From assembly GCA_013287135.1 (NCBI GenBank), contig JABDEK010000009.1, positions 8,462 through 72,461 on the forward strand: a DNA stretch of 64,000 nt. Direction: 5' to 3'. A model generated the notes under the pieces. That model was not told where the DNA came from, did not search any database, and was given only the letters and a program-made list of their open reading frames with translations. Shown here one piece after another: positions 56,905 to 64,000 of this stretch (its first letter is position 1; each line of letters begins with the position of its first letter). A program made the translations under genes and the position numbers. Source of the stretch: Acidobacteriota bacterium. Lineage in GTDB: Bacteria; Acidobacteriota; Terriglobia; Acidiferrales; UBA7541.

Positions 56905-57669
56905 ATGCAAACGCACCGCACCTACTTTGCCGTGGCCATATTGATCGCCGGGGTCTGCTTGGCCCTGGCGCAGCCGGTTCGCGCGCAGATAACCACCGCG
57001 GTGGATAGCCATGGCAAGATGATTTTCGTGAATGGCGATTCCCCCGCACCCCGCCGCGGGAGTACTATTAGTTCCGCCCCGGCTCCGGCACAGGGTTTTC
57101 GTGCGCGAAATCCGGAGGCATCGCCGGATGTTTCAGGAGCGTTGCCGCCGCCGGGTTTCAGTGCGACGCAACCGCGGCCGGCAACCAGTGTTATAGATCA
57201 ACGACTGGACCGCATCGTACGCGACGCAGCTGCTCGGCACGATGTGGATCCTGCGCTGGTCAAAGCGGTAATCAGCACGGAATCCGGATGGAATCCGCAA
57301 GCTGTTTCGCACAAAGGAGCGGTTGGCCTCATGCAACTGATTCCTGGAACAGCGCAGCGTTTTGGAGTAAACAACTCGTTCGATCCGGCGCAGAATGTGG
57401 AGGGTGGAACGACGTATTTGAAGTCGCTGCTGGACCGTTACAACGGCGATTTGTCGAAGTCGCTAGCCGCATATAATGCAGGCGAGCACGCCGTGGACTT
57501 GCAGGGGGGCGTTCCGGCTTACCGAGAGACGCAACAGTACGTTCAAAAAGTGACTGAGGCATACTTCCGGCCTGGGTCGGGCCGCAACTCGACGCTCTGG
57601 AGCCGGCCAAAAGCTCCGGTGCGAAAAGAAGTGGACGCCAAGGGCCGCATAGTTTTCACGAACGAATGA
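56905..57669 (+). CDS. lytic transglycosylase (SLT domain), secreted
   Basis: 254 aa. Signal peptide YFAVAILIAGVCLALAQPVRA. SLT catalytic region VISTESGWNPQAVSHKGAVGLMQL...AYNAG. Confidence 0.88.
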   Translation: MQTHRTYFAVAILIAGVCLALAQPVRAQITTAVDSHGKMIFVNGDSPAPRRGSTISSAPAPAQGFRARNPEASPDVSGALPPPGFSATQPRPATSVIDQRLDRIVRDAAARHDVDPALVKAVISTESGWNPQAVSHKGAVGLMQLIPGTAQRFGVNNSFDPAQNVEGGTTYLKSLLDRYNGDLSKSLAAYNAGEHAVDLQGGVPAYRETQQYVQKVTEAYFRPGSGRNSTLWSRPKAPVRKEVDAKGRIVFTNE

Positions 57670-59729
57670 CGCAAGTGTTTTCCGCCAAAATTCATACGCC
57701 GATAAAGTTTTTTCTGTCAGTGCTTGCGATAGTTCTGTCGCTGGCTAGCCCCTCCTACGCCGATAGAAGATCCGAAGCGCGCGCACAATTCGAACGCGCA
57801 GTCCGCATGCGCACTGCTTTGGAAGAGAAACCTGAACGGGAGCGTACGCTGGCCCTCTACAAGCAGACCGTAGCCGCGTACCAGAGAGTTTATTTGATTA
57901 CGCCGCAAGCAGAAGAAGTGACGCCTGCGCTGATTGCGGAAGCTGAGCTGTACCAGCAGATGGCGCAGCAATTCGATGAAAAATACTATCAGTCCGCAAT
58001 CGACACTTATAATTTCCTGCTGAAACAATATCCCGAGACGCGTTACCGCTCCGCTGCGATTTTTGCCATTGCGCAAATCCAAAAAGATGATTTAGGGCAG
58101 GCAGAAGCTGCAGAGGTGGCGTTCAAGGATTTTCTGAAACGTTTTCCGAAGTCGGAGAAAGCGCCGGATGCGCGCCTGGCATTAAAGGAAATTTCAGACG
58201 CCCGCGAAGAGGCCAAGAACCAAGCGCCGGAAGTGAAGGGTCAGGTTGTAGATGCGCGAGAGAGTTCGCACGGCACCCCACGCGTAACCGATATACAGAC
58301 CTGGAACGCTGATAATTTCACACGCGTCGTTGTGGCGCTGGAAGACACCGTCAAATTTGATTCCGCGCACATTGCTTCTCCCGATCGAATTTATTTCGAC
58401 CTGCACAAGGCGAACCTGGGTCCCGGGGTCTCGAAGAAGACTATGGATGTGCAGAATGGTTTGCTGAAGTCCGTGCGCCTGGGACAGAACCGCGTGGGAG
58501 TTGTTCGACTGGTGCTGGATGTCGACGGCGCGCGCGATTATAAGGCTTACCTCGTCTCGAATCCCTACCGCCTGGTGATCGAAGTCCGGAATAATGCCAA
58601 CGTGACCACGGCGAAGAACGGTTTGAGCGCGCCAGCGAGCACTATTTCGGTATCGGCCGCCAGAGAAGATAGCGGGAATACAGATCCTAAACCGACGGAC
58701 AATCCGAGTGACCCGTCTTCAGCCGTCGCAAATAAGCCTGCGACCGCCAAACTCGCCGCTAAACTGGCCGCTTCGCCAGCCGAGAAAAGCACACCTATAA
58801 AAGCGAAGAACGCCAATACGAACGCAGCGGCTCTGAAGCCGCCGACCGAACCCAAACCGACGCGGGACGGACAGCATTCGTTAACCCGCGCTCTGGGGCT
58901 GAAAATCGGCCGAATCGTAATCGATGCAGGCCACGGTGGACACGATACCGGAACGATCGGCCCACACGGGTTGATGGAAAAAGACCTTTGTCTGGACGTA
59001 GCTCTTCGGCTGGGACATTTGATCGAACAAAAGCTCCCTGGCGCGGAAGTGATCTACACGCGCAAAGATGACACATTTATTCCATTGGAACAGCGGACCG
59101 CTATGGCCAATGAAGCGAAAGCGGACCTGTTTATTTCTATTCACGCAAATTCGAGCCACGACCATGAAGCGCGCGGAATAGAGACTTATTATTTGAACTT
59201 CGCGACGTCGGAAGAATCGCTGGAAGTGGCTACGCGTGAAAACGCTCTTTCGCAGGAAGGTTTGCACGACTTGCAGGATCTGGTGAAGAAGATCGCACGC
59301 AACGAAAAGATTGAGGAGTCCAAAGAATTTGCGAGTGACGTGCAGGATTCGCTGACGCGCCGGATGCAGCTGGTGAGCCAGAGTGAAAAGAACCGCGGCG
59401 TGAAGAAGGCGCCTTTTGTCGTTCTAATCGGCGCAAACATGCCTTCCATCCTTTCGGAAATTTCGTTTATAAGCAATCCAAGCGACGAGAAACTACTGCG
59501 CAAGGGCGACCAGCGCCAGCGCGTTGCGGATGGCTTGTACCGCGGAATCGCCGCATATCTCGACAATTTGAACAGCCTTTCCTACGACAAATCGAAGCTT
59601 GTTTCAGACAATCGCGCCGGCGCCTTACCGGTGAAGGCATCCAGGGCCGCCGCAAACGGATCCAGCGATCCATCCGCCGCCACCGGCGAGAATATCGGCA
59701 CGGTGGCGTCCGACGGGAACCCCAAGTAG
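57666..59729 (+). CDS. N-acetylmuramoyl-L-alanine amidase (Amidase_3) with an N-terminal TPR/YbgF-like module and an AMIN domain
   Basis: 687 aa. Its ATG overlaps the SLT TGA (ATGA). It comprises TPR-like helices (YQSAIDTYNFLLKQYPETRYRSAA, FKDFLKRFPKSEKAPDA), an AMIN-like VTDIQTWNADNFTRVVVAL...RIYFDL, a low-complexity linker, then VIDAGHGGHDTG...SIHANS...ETYYL...VLIGANMPSILSEISFISN. Confidence 0.88.
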   Translation: MTQVFSAKIHTPIKFFLSVLAIVLSLASPSYADRRSEARAQFERAVRMRTALEEKPERERTLALYKQTVAAYQRVYLITPQAEEVTPALIAEAELYQQMAQQFDEKYYQSAIDTYNFLLKQYPETRYRSAAIFAIAQIQKDDLGQAEAAEVAFKDFLKRFPKSEKAPDARLALKEISDAREEAKNQAPEVKGQVVDARESSHGTPRVTDIQTWNADNFTRVVVALEDTVKFDSAHIASPDRIYFDLHKANLGPGVSKKTMDVQNGLLKSVRLGQNRVGVVRLVLDVDGARDYKAYLVSNPYRLVIEVRNNANVTTAKNGLSAPASTISVSAAREDSGNTDPKPTDNPSDPSSAVANKPATAKLAAKLAASPAEKSTPIKAKNANTNAAALKPPTEPKPTRDGQHSLTRALGLKIGRIVIDAGHGGHDTGTIGPHGLMEKDLCLDVALRLGHLIEQKLPGAEVIYTRKDDTFIPLEQRTAMANEAKADLFISIHANSSHDHEARGIETYYLNFATSEESLEVATRENALSQEGLHDLQDLVKKIARNEKIEESKEFASDVQDSLTRRMQLVSQSEKNRGVKKAPFVVLIGANMPSILSEISFISNPSDEKLLRKGDQRQRVADGLYRGIAAYLDNLNSLSYDKSKLVSDNRAGALPVKASRAAANGSSDPSAATGENIGTVASDGNPK

Positions 59730-59750
59730 AATTCCGGCATCTAACTAAGG

Positions 59751-60899
59751 ATGCGAATGCGCCACTACCTCTATCTTTGTCTTGTTTCAGTGTTTTTGTT
59801 ATTGGTGACAACGTCCACGCCGGCTCAGGGCGTGATCCCCGATTCTTTTGCGGGATGGACTTGCAACGGAAAGACCTCGTTCAATCCGGCGCAGCCGTCG
59901 CAGATCGCTTCGCAGACCGCCAGCTCTGCTCCCAAGGATGTTCTAGCGGAATACGGATTCGTGGCTGGAGAGCAGTGCGAATACACGCGCGGCGCGGAAA
60001 AGCTGGGAGTGCAAATATATCGGATGAAGGATCCGAGCGGGGCCTACGGACTATTTTCGTATATGCTCAGCGCAGACTTGCCTCACGCTTCCCTTAGTGA
60101 ACATTCCGCGGTGGGACCGTTGCGGGCATTGGCGCTCGATGGAAATCTGCTGCTTGATGTTCGCGGGAGCGACCTTCCGAGACATGAAAAGGATTTGAAG
60201 GCGCTGCTCGCTGCGGTGAAACCGCACGCCGAAGAAGGGCCGTTGCCATCGCTGCCTGATGAGATGCCTACCAAGGGCATGGTCGAGCGGTCGGATCACT
60301 ATGTTTTGGGCCCGGTAACGTTGAACCAGTTTGTGCCGCTGTCGTCGAGTGACTGGCTGGGTTTTTCTCAGGGCGCCGAAGCAGAATCTGCCCGATACAG
60401 AAACGAAGGGCACGAAGTGACTCTGCTGCTCGCGGATTTCCCTACTCCGCAGACTGCCGCCAAGAAGCTTGTTGAGTTGCAGAAGAACTTTCATGTGAAC
60501 GCTGCGAACTCTGATCCGAATTCTTCTCCGCTGTTTGCCAAGCGTTCCATGACGCTGCTGGCGATCGTTTATGGAGCGCGGACCCAGGCGGAAGCTGACG
60601 CCTTGCTGAAGCTGGTTGAGTCGGACGCGGAAATCACCTGGAACGAGCCTACGTTTCAATTCAAAGAGCCGCCCATCAGCGCCATGATCGTGGGAACGAT
60701 TATCGGCACCGGCGTTATTTGCATGTTTGCGGTGATTTCAGGCATCGCTTTCGGCGGAGTAAGGCTTGTTGTGAAGCGGTTTTTCCCAGACAAAGTATTC
60801 GACCGCAGCAGTCATTTGCAAGTTCTGCAGATGGGGCTAGTGAGCAAGCCGATTAATTCAGAAGATTTTTACGGCATGGACCGCCCTCCACGCAAATAG
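59751..60899 (+). CDS. hypothetical exported protein with a C-terminal membrane anchor
   Basis: 382 aa. Signal peptide LYLCLVSVFLLLVTTSTPAQG. C-terminal TM ISAMIVGTIIGTGVICMFAVISGIAFGGV. It is the last gene of the SLT/amidase gene string. No family recognised. Confidence 0.6.
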   Translation: MRMRHYLYLCLVSVFLLLVTTSTPAQGVIPDSFAGWTCNGKTSFNPAQPSQIASQTASSAPKDVLAEYGFVAGEQCEYTRGAEKLGVQIYRMKDPSGAYGLFSYMLSADLPHASLSEHSAVGPLRALALDGNLLLDVRGSDLPRHEKDLKALLAAVKPHAEEGPLPSLPDEMPTKGMVERSDHYVLGPVTLNQFVPLSSSDWLGFSQGAEAESARYRNEGHEVTLLLADFPTPQTAAKKLVELQKNFHVNAANSDPNSSPLFAKRSMTLLAIVYGARTQAEADALLKLVESDAEITWNEPTFQFKEPPISAMIVGTIIGTGVICMFAVISGIAFGGVRLVVKRFFPDKVFDRSSHLQVLQMGLVSKPINSEDFYGMDRPPRK

Positions 60900-60934
60900 A
60901 GTCGCCCAATCGCGAACATTTGTTCATGAAAGAA

Positions 60935-60949
60935 CCGGCAAGATGCCGG
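60935..60949 (-). terminator. candidate intrinsic terminator of the ATP-grasp gene
   Basis: CCGGCA-AGA-TGCCGG hairpin (6-bp GC-rich stem) 30 nt beyond the minus-strand stop. On the minus strand it is followed by TTCTTTC. The short stem makes this tentative. Confidence 0.35.
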
Positions 60950-60978
60950 CGCTACAAAAAACTGAGTCATCGATGTAA

Positions 60979-62184
60979 TCAGGCGGTAGGTTTGTCTGGA
61001 ACAGGCTCGGTGGCGTAGAAATCTTCGCGAAAACGCGTTGCGTAAGAATCTAATAACTCCTCGATTCGTTGTGGCTTGTTCGCTCGCAGGACAAATCCTG
61101 CGTGATGATGTTTGGGAATGCGCATAACAATTTCTGGATCGTTATAGCTGGAAGTGTCGGGATTATCCTGGCGCGCCAGAGAAATCACAACGCCGGCATA
61201 ATCTCGCCGCACGTTCGCCAGCACATAAGGCGTCTTCCCTCCTCCCACTTCAATACGCGCCCACTCGCGCCATAAATTCACACCGGTGGCGGCTTCAATT
61301 ACGTCGGAAATATAGGCGCCGCCAACGCGTGCGGCAATCTCGATGAAATAAATTTTTCCGTCTTCGTGCGCGCGCAGGAACTCGGCATGTGTAACTCCGC
61401 GCACGAGTCCCAGCGCTTCGACCAACGTGCGGTTAAGCTTCAGCAGAGCTTTGGATTCGGAGGAAGTCCGGGGCAAAGTGCGGGTGGTAAAAATGCCGCC
61501 CTCATGCGACACATCCAAAGGCGGCTTGCCGTAGATGTGGGCCTCCGCGAAAACCACTTTGCGCTCGGAGACGATACTATCGACGTGGAAAACGTCTCCG
61601 GGCACGAATTGTTCCAGCAGGAAGAAGGATTGTTGATCGCCGAGCTGGTCCAACCAAGGCCAGAGCTCACCTGGCTCGTGAATTTTCTTCATGCCAATGC
61701 CGGACGCTTGCGAGCGCGGCTTCAGCAGCCAGGGTGGCTTCACGCGTGCCATAAAACTCTTCAGCTCGTCATAATTCAGAACGTGTACGAATTCCGGGAC
61801 CAGGATGCCGGATTCCTGCGCGCGGCCGCGCATGGCGAGCTTGTCGCGAAAATAACGCATGGTGGTGAGGCCCATTCCGGGGATACGCAGGTGCTCGCGA
61901 AGGGCCGCGACGTTTTCCATATCAAATTCGTCGAGCGCCACGATACGGTCAATCGGATGCGTGCGGGCCATGAAGCTGACGGCGCGAATGATGTCAGCGG
62001 TAGGTAAATCTTCCGGCATGTAAAACATTTCGTCGATAGCTTCGCTGGGCCAATTGGCGTGACGAAGTTTTTCGAGAGTGAGAAACAGCACGCGGCAGCC
62101 GGCGTCTTTTGCGGAGCGGAGAAATTCCTGGCCTTTTTCGTATGAACTGATGCAGAGAATAGTTAGCGGTCGCTCTGGGGACAA
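60979..62184 (-). CDS. ATP-grasp domain protein (L-amino-acid-ligase-like)
   Basis: 401 aa. A pre-ATP-grasp Rossmann-like N-terminus, the glycine-rich loop [30 protein letters not shown], and the Mg/ATP motif THAEFL...[17 protein letters not shown]. Confidence 0.85.
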   Translation of the reverse strand: MSPERPLTILCISSYEKGQEFLRSAKDAGCRVLFLTLEKLRHANWPSEAIDEMFYMPEDLPTADIIRAVSFMARTHPIDRIVALDEFDMENVAALREHLRIPGMGLTTMRYFRDKLAMRGRAQESGILVPEFVHVLNYDELKSFMARVKPPWLLKPRSQASGIGMKKIHEPGELWPWLDQLGDQQSFFLLEQFVPGDVFHVDSIVSERKVVFAEAHIYGKPPLDVSHEGGIFTTRTLPRTSSESKALLKLNRTLVEALGLVRGVTHAEFLRAHEDGKIYFIEIAARVGGAYISDVIEAATGVNLWREWARIEVGGGKTPYVLANVRRDYAGVVISLARQDNPDTSSYNDPEIVMRIPKHHHAGFVLRANKPQRIEELLDSYATRFREDFYATEPVPDKPTA

Positions 62185-62246
62185 AGACGGTGGCCTCGGG
62201 TAGTCTCTGAATTACACCGGCTCAGCAACAGGAACAGGAGAGCGGA

Positions 62247-63041
62247 TTATACTGCGCTCTCGCCGGAGGGAAAGAGAAATTGCAAGAACGGCCCGACACG
62301 CCGCGCCCAGGCGGCTTCGTTATGCTCCGCGTCGGAAATCACTTCGAAGTGCAGGTCGTGGCCTTCGCGCCAGCCTTTTTCGACCAGAACACGGCACAAC
62401 CGCCGCACGTTATCCGCGCTGCGCCCGCCCTCCTTGCTGCCCACATCCAGCCAAATCCGCGGACGACTTTGCAAATTTACGCGAGCTGCGAAATTCAGAA
62501 TCCAGCCGCGGTTCCACCAGACAGAAGGCGAAAGTACCGCTAGCTTTCCGAAAACTTGCGGAAAGCGCAGACCGAGGTAAATCGTAAGCAGGCCGCCCAG
62601 AGACGAGCCACCGATCCCGGTATTGGCGGGTCCGCCGAGCGTGCGGTATTGAGACTCGACGAATGGCTTGATTTCTTCAAGCAGCATTTGGCCGTAACGG
62701 TCGGCTTTGCCGCCGCCCATCTTTTTGTCGCGCGAGGGTGTGTACTCGCCAAGACGCCACCTGCCGGTGTTGTAGATGCCCACGATGATGAGTGGACGAA
62801 TGGCGCCCTGGGAGATCAGTTGATCCGCCGTGTCCTTCACGTGCCAATCCATGCCGGGGATGAAGGAGGTCGCCCCATCGAAAAGATTTTGGCCATCTTG
62901 CAGGTAAAGCACCGGATAGCGCGACTGCGAATTTTCCTCGTAGCCTGGCGGAAGATAGACGATCAGGTCGCGCGTGCGCGGAAGAAATCGCGAGCGATAC
63001 TTTTCGTGCTTGCGTAATTGTCCCTGGGGCTCTGCGATCAA
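62247..63041 (-). CDS. esterase-D/enterochelin-esterase-type alpha/beta hydrolase ('putative esterase' family)
   Basis: 264 aa. YPVLYLQDGQNLFD, nucleophile elbow GIGGSSLGGL, and a C-terminal catalytic His context DAEHNEAAW. Confidence 0.85.
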   Translation of the reverse strand: MIAEPQGQLRKHEKYRSRFLPRTRDLIVYLPPGYEENSQSRYPVLYLQDGQNLFDGATSFIPGMDWHVKDTADQLISQGAIRPLIIVGIYNTGRWRLGEYTPSRDKKMGGGKADRYGQMLLEEIKPFVESQYRTLGGPANTGIGGSSLGGLLTIYLGLRFPQVFGKLAVLSPSVWWNRGWILNFAARVNLQSRPRIWLDVGSKEGGRSADNVRRLCRVLVEKGWREGHDLHFEVISDAEHNEAAWARRVGPFLQFLFPSGESAV

Positions 63042-63162
63042 AGCTGGGCACCGTTTTCTGGAAAAACGAAGAAGCGGCGAAACATTATTAGCATTCCATT
63101 AGGATAGCAGAGCAGAAATTTGGAAGCATAGAGTTTCCAGTATTCTGCGCGCTTAAACGCCG

Positions 63163-63168
63163 TATAAT
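63163..63168 (+). promoter_or_regulatory. perfect TATAAT -10 hexamer in a divergent intergenic region
   Basis: TATAAT lies 52 nt upstream of the ATG at 63221. No convincing -35 at 16-18 nt (GTATTC at best). Pattern only. Confidence 0.25.
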
Positions 63169-63220
63169 ATCGCGCTCGACTGCGAACCCGAATAAACCGC
63201 AGTCCATCCACGGGAGTGAC

Positions 63221-63952
63221 ATGAAACGGGAATATCATCGCTGGCATTCGAATCGGCTGGGACTGGATATGGGTATTGTTGTTTATGGCCATTGGGGGCC
63301 TGCGCTGCTTGGATTCCCCACCAGCGCAGGCGATGAGTGGGAACTTGAAGGCCAGGGACTGATCGGAAGTCTGTCGCCCCTGATTGACGCCGGGCGCGTA
63401 AAGTTTTTCAGCATCAACTCAGTGAACTCCGCGGGATTTTATAACAAGAGCGCGCATCCGTTTCATCGCAGCTGGGTGCAGTCGCAGTTCGATGCCTACG
63501 TTCGATATGAAGTGATTCCCTTCATCCAAGACAATTGCCAATCGCCGGATATCTTAATTTCTACTATGGGAGCGTCTTTCGGGGCCTATCACGCGGCCAA
63601 CACACTATTCAAACATCCCGACGCGGTGCGGCGATGCTTTGCGCTTTCCGGCGTTTACGACATCAAGAATTTCATGAACGGAATGTATGACGACAACACC
63701 TACTTCAACAATCCCGTGGATTACCTTTCAAATCTTTCGGACGGAAACGTGATGGCGCAGCTCGCGCAGTGCGACATTCATATCGCAACCGGCAGCGGGC
63801 CCTGGGAACACAGCGGACCGTCTTACCGGCTTTCGGCAATTTTGGCGGCCAAGGGAATTCCGCATCATCTGGATGATTGGGGACCGCAGGGCGGACATGA
63901 TTGGCCGTACTGGAAACATCAAATGTGGGAATACATTACGAGATTATTTTAA
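63221..63952 (+). CDS. esterase-family alpha/beta hydrolase (second, divergent copy type)
   Basis: 243 aa. Nucleophile elbow TMGASFGAYHAAN and C-terminal GGHDWPYW. Its length and layout are those of small esterase-D-like proteins. Confidence 0.8.
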   Translation: MKREYHRWHSNRLGLDMGIVVYGHWGPALLGFPTSAGDEWELEGQGLIGSLSPLIDAGRVKFFSINSVNSAGFYNKSAHPFHRSWVQSQFDAYVRYEVIPFIQDNCQSPDILISTMGASFGAYHAANTLFKHPDAVRRCFALSGVYDIKNFMNGMYDDNTYFNNPVDYLSNLSDGNVMAQLAQCDIHIATGSGPWEHSGPSYRLSAILAAKGIPHHLDDWGPQGGHDWPYWKHQMWEYITRLF

Positions 63953-64000
63953 GGCGTTCAGGCCAGGCCGAGCCGGTCTAGCAAGTAGCGGCCCTTCGCA

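Noticed and set aside
63953-64000. Possible 3' end of a minus-strand gene at the window edge (CTA at about 63977)
   Set aside because: Only about 7 codons would be visible, so it cannot be supported.
1-64000. Whole-window scan for tRNA/rRNA genes, CRISPR arrays, IS elements with terminal inverted repeats, integrases, reverse transcriptases and toxin-antitoxin pairs
   Set aside because: I noticed no cloverleaf-like conserved tRNA boxes, no regularly spaced repeats, and no transposase, integrase or RT motifs in any ORF. A visual scan of 64 kb is imperfect, so tRNAscan-SE, Infernal and ISfinder runs would be decisive.

Overview
Densely coding 64-kb chromosomal segment with about 57 intact protein-coding genes and 3 decayed genes. 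I recognised no rRNA, tRNA, CRISPR array, IS element or prophage by eye. The lineage is probably Acidobacteriota (Terriglobia-like). This is an inference from two tandem ~825-aa ADOP-type (MacB/FtsX-like 'acidobacterial duplicated orphan permease') genes and the general gene content, not a database hit.

Core content:
- a transsulfuration PLP enzyme, CutA, PGM/PMM, an FtsB-like protein, ThiG and an acyl-CoA synthetase
- a histidine-utilisation cluster, hutU / nmrA-like / hutI / fused formimidoyltransferase-cyclodeaminase
- the glycine-cleavage operon gcvT-H-PA-PB with a translationally coupled DinB-family gene
- IlvE, an aquaporin, PilT, RecX and AlaRS
- a cell-wall operon (SLT transglycosylase plus a TPR/AMIN/Amidase_3 protein)

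Accessory content:
- an alkyltransferase-like (ATL) protein and an ABC-2 exporter
- an OsmC gene coupled to a K+-channel gene
- an AraC-linked detoxification cluster (DinB, VOC, SDR, Zn-ADH, OsmC, DUF4242-like)
- a Tat-exported vanadium-haloperoxidase/PAP2-like protein
- a low-GC islet with a desaturase-like gene

Three genes look decayed: an alpha/beta-hydrolase, a SAM-methyltransferase, and an AhpD/CMD-family gene with an in-frame TAG.

Best candidates for undescribed systems:
1. a self-contained two-gene cassette: a small basic protein overlapping an orphan single-ring ClpB-NBD2-type AAA+ ATPase (21.7-23.5 kb)
2. a Ser/Thr-kinase/NB-ARC/TPR STAND protein divergent from a J-domain membrane protein (47.7-51.5 kb)
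3. a 57-aa ten-cysteine microprotein, missed by naive ORF calling, coupled to a degenerate HATPase-like protein (15.9-16.5 kb)
4. an ATP-grasp ligase flanked by two esterase-D-type hydrolases (61-64 kb)

All functional calls rest on motif and family recognition by eye. No searches were run.
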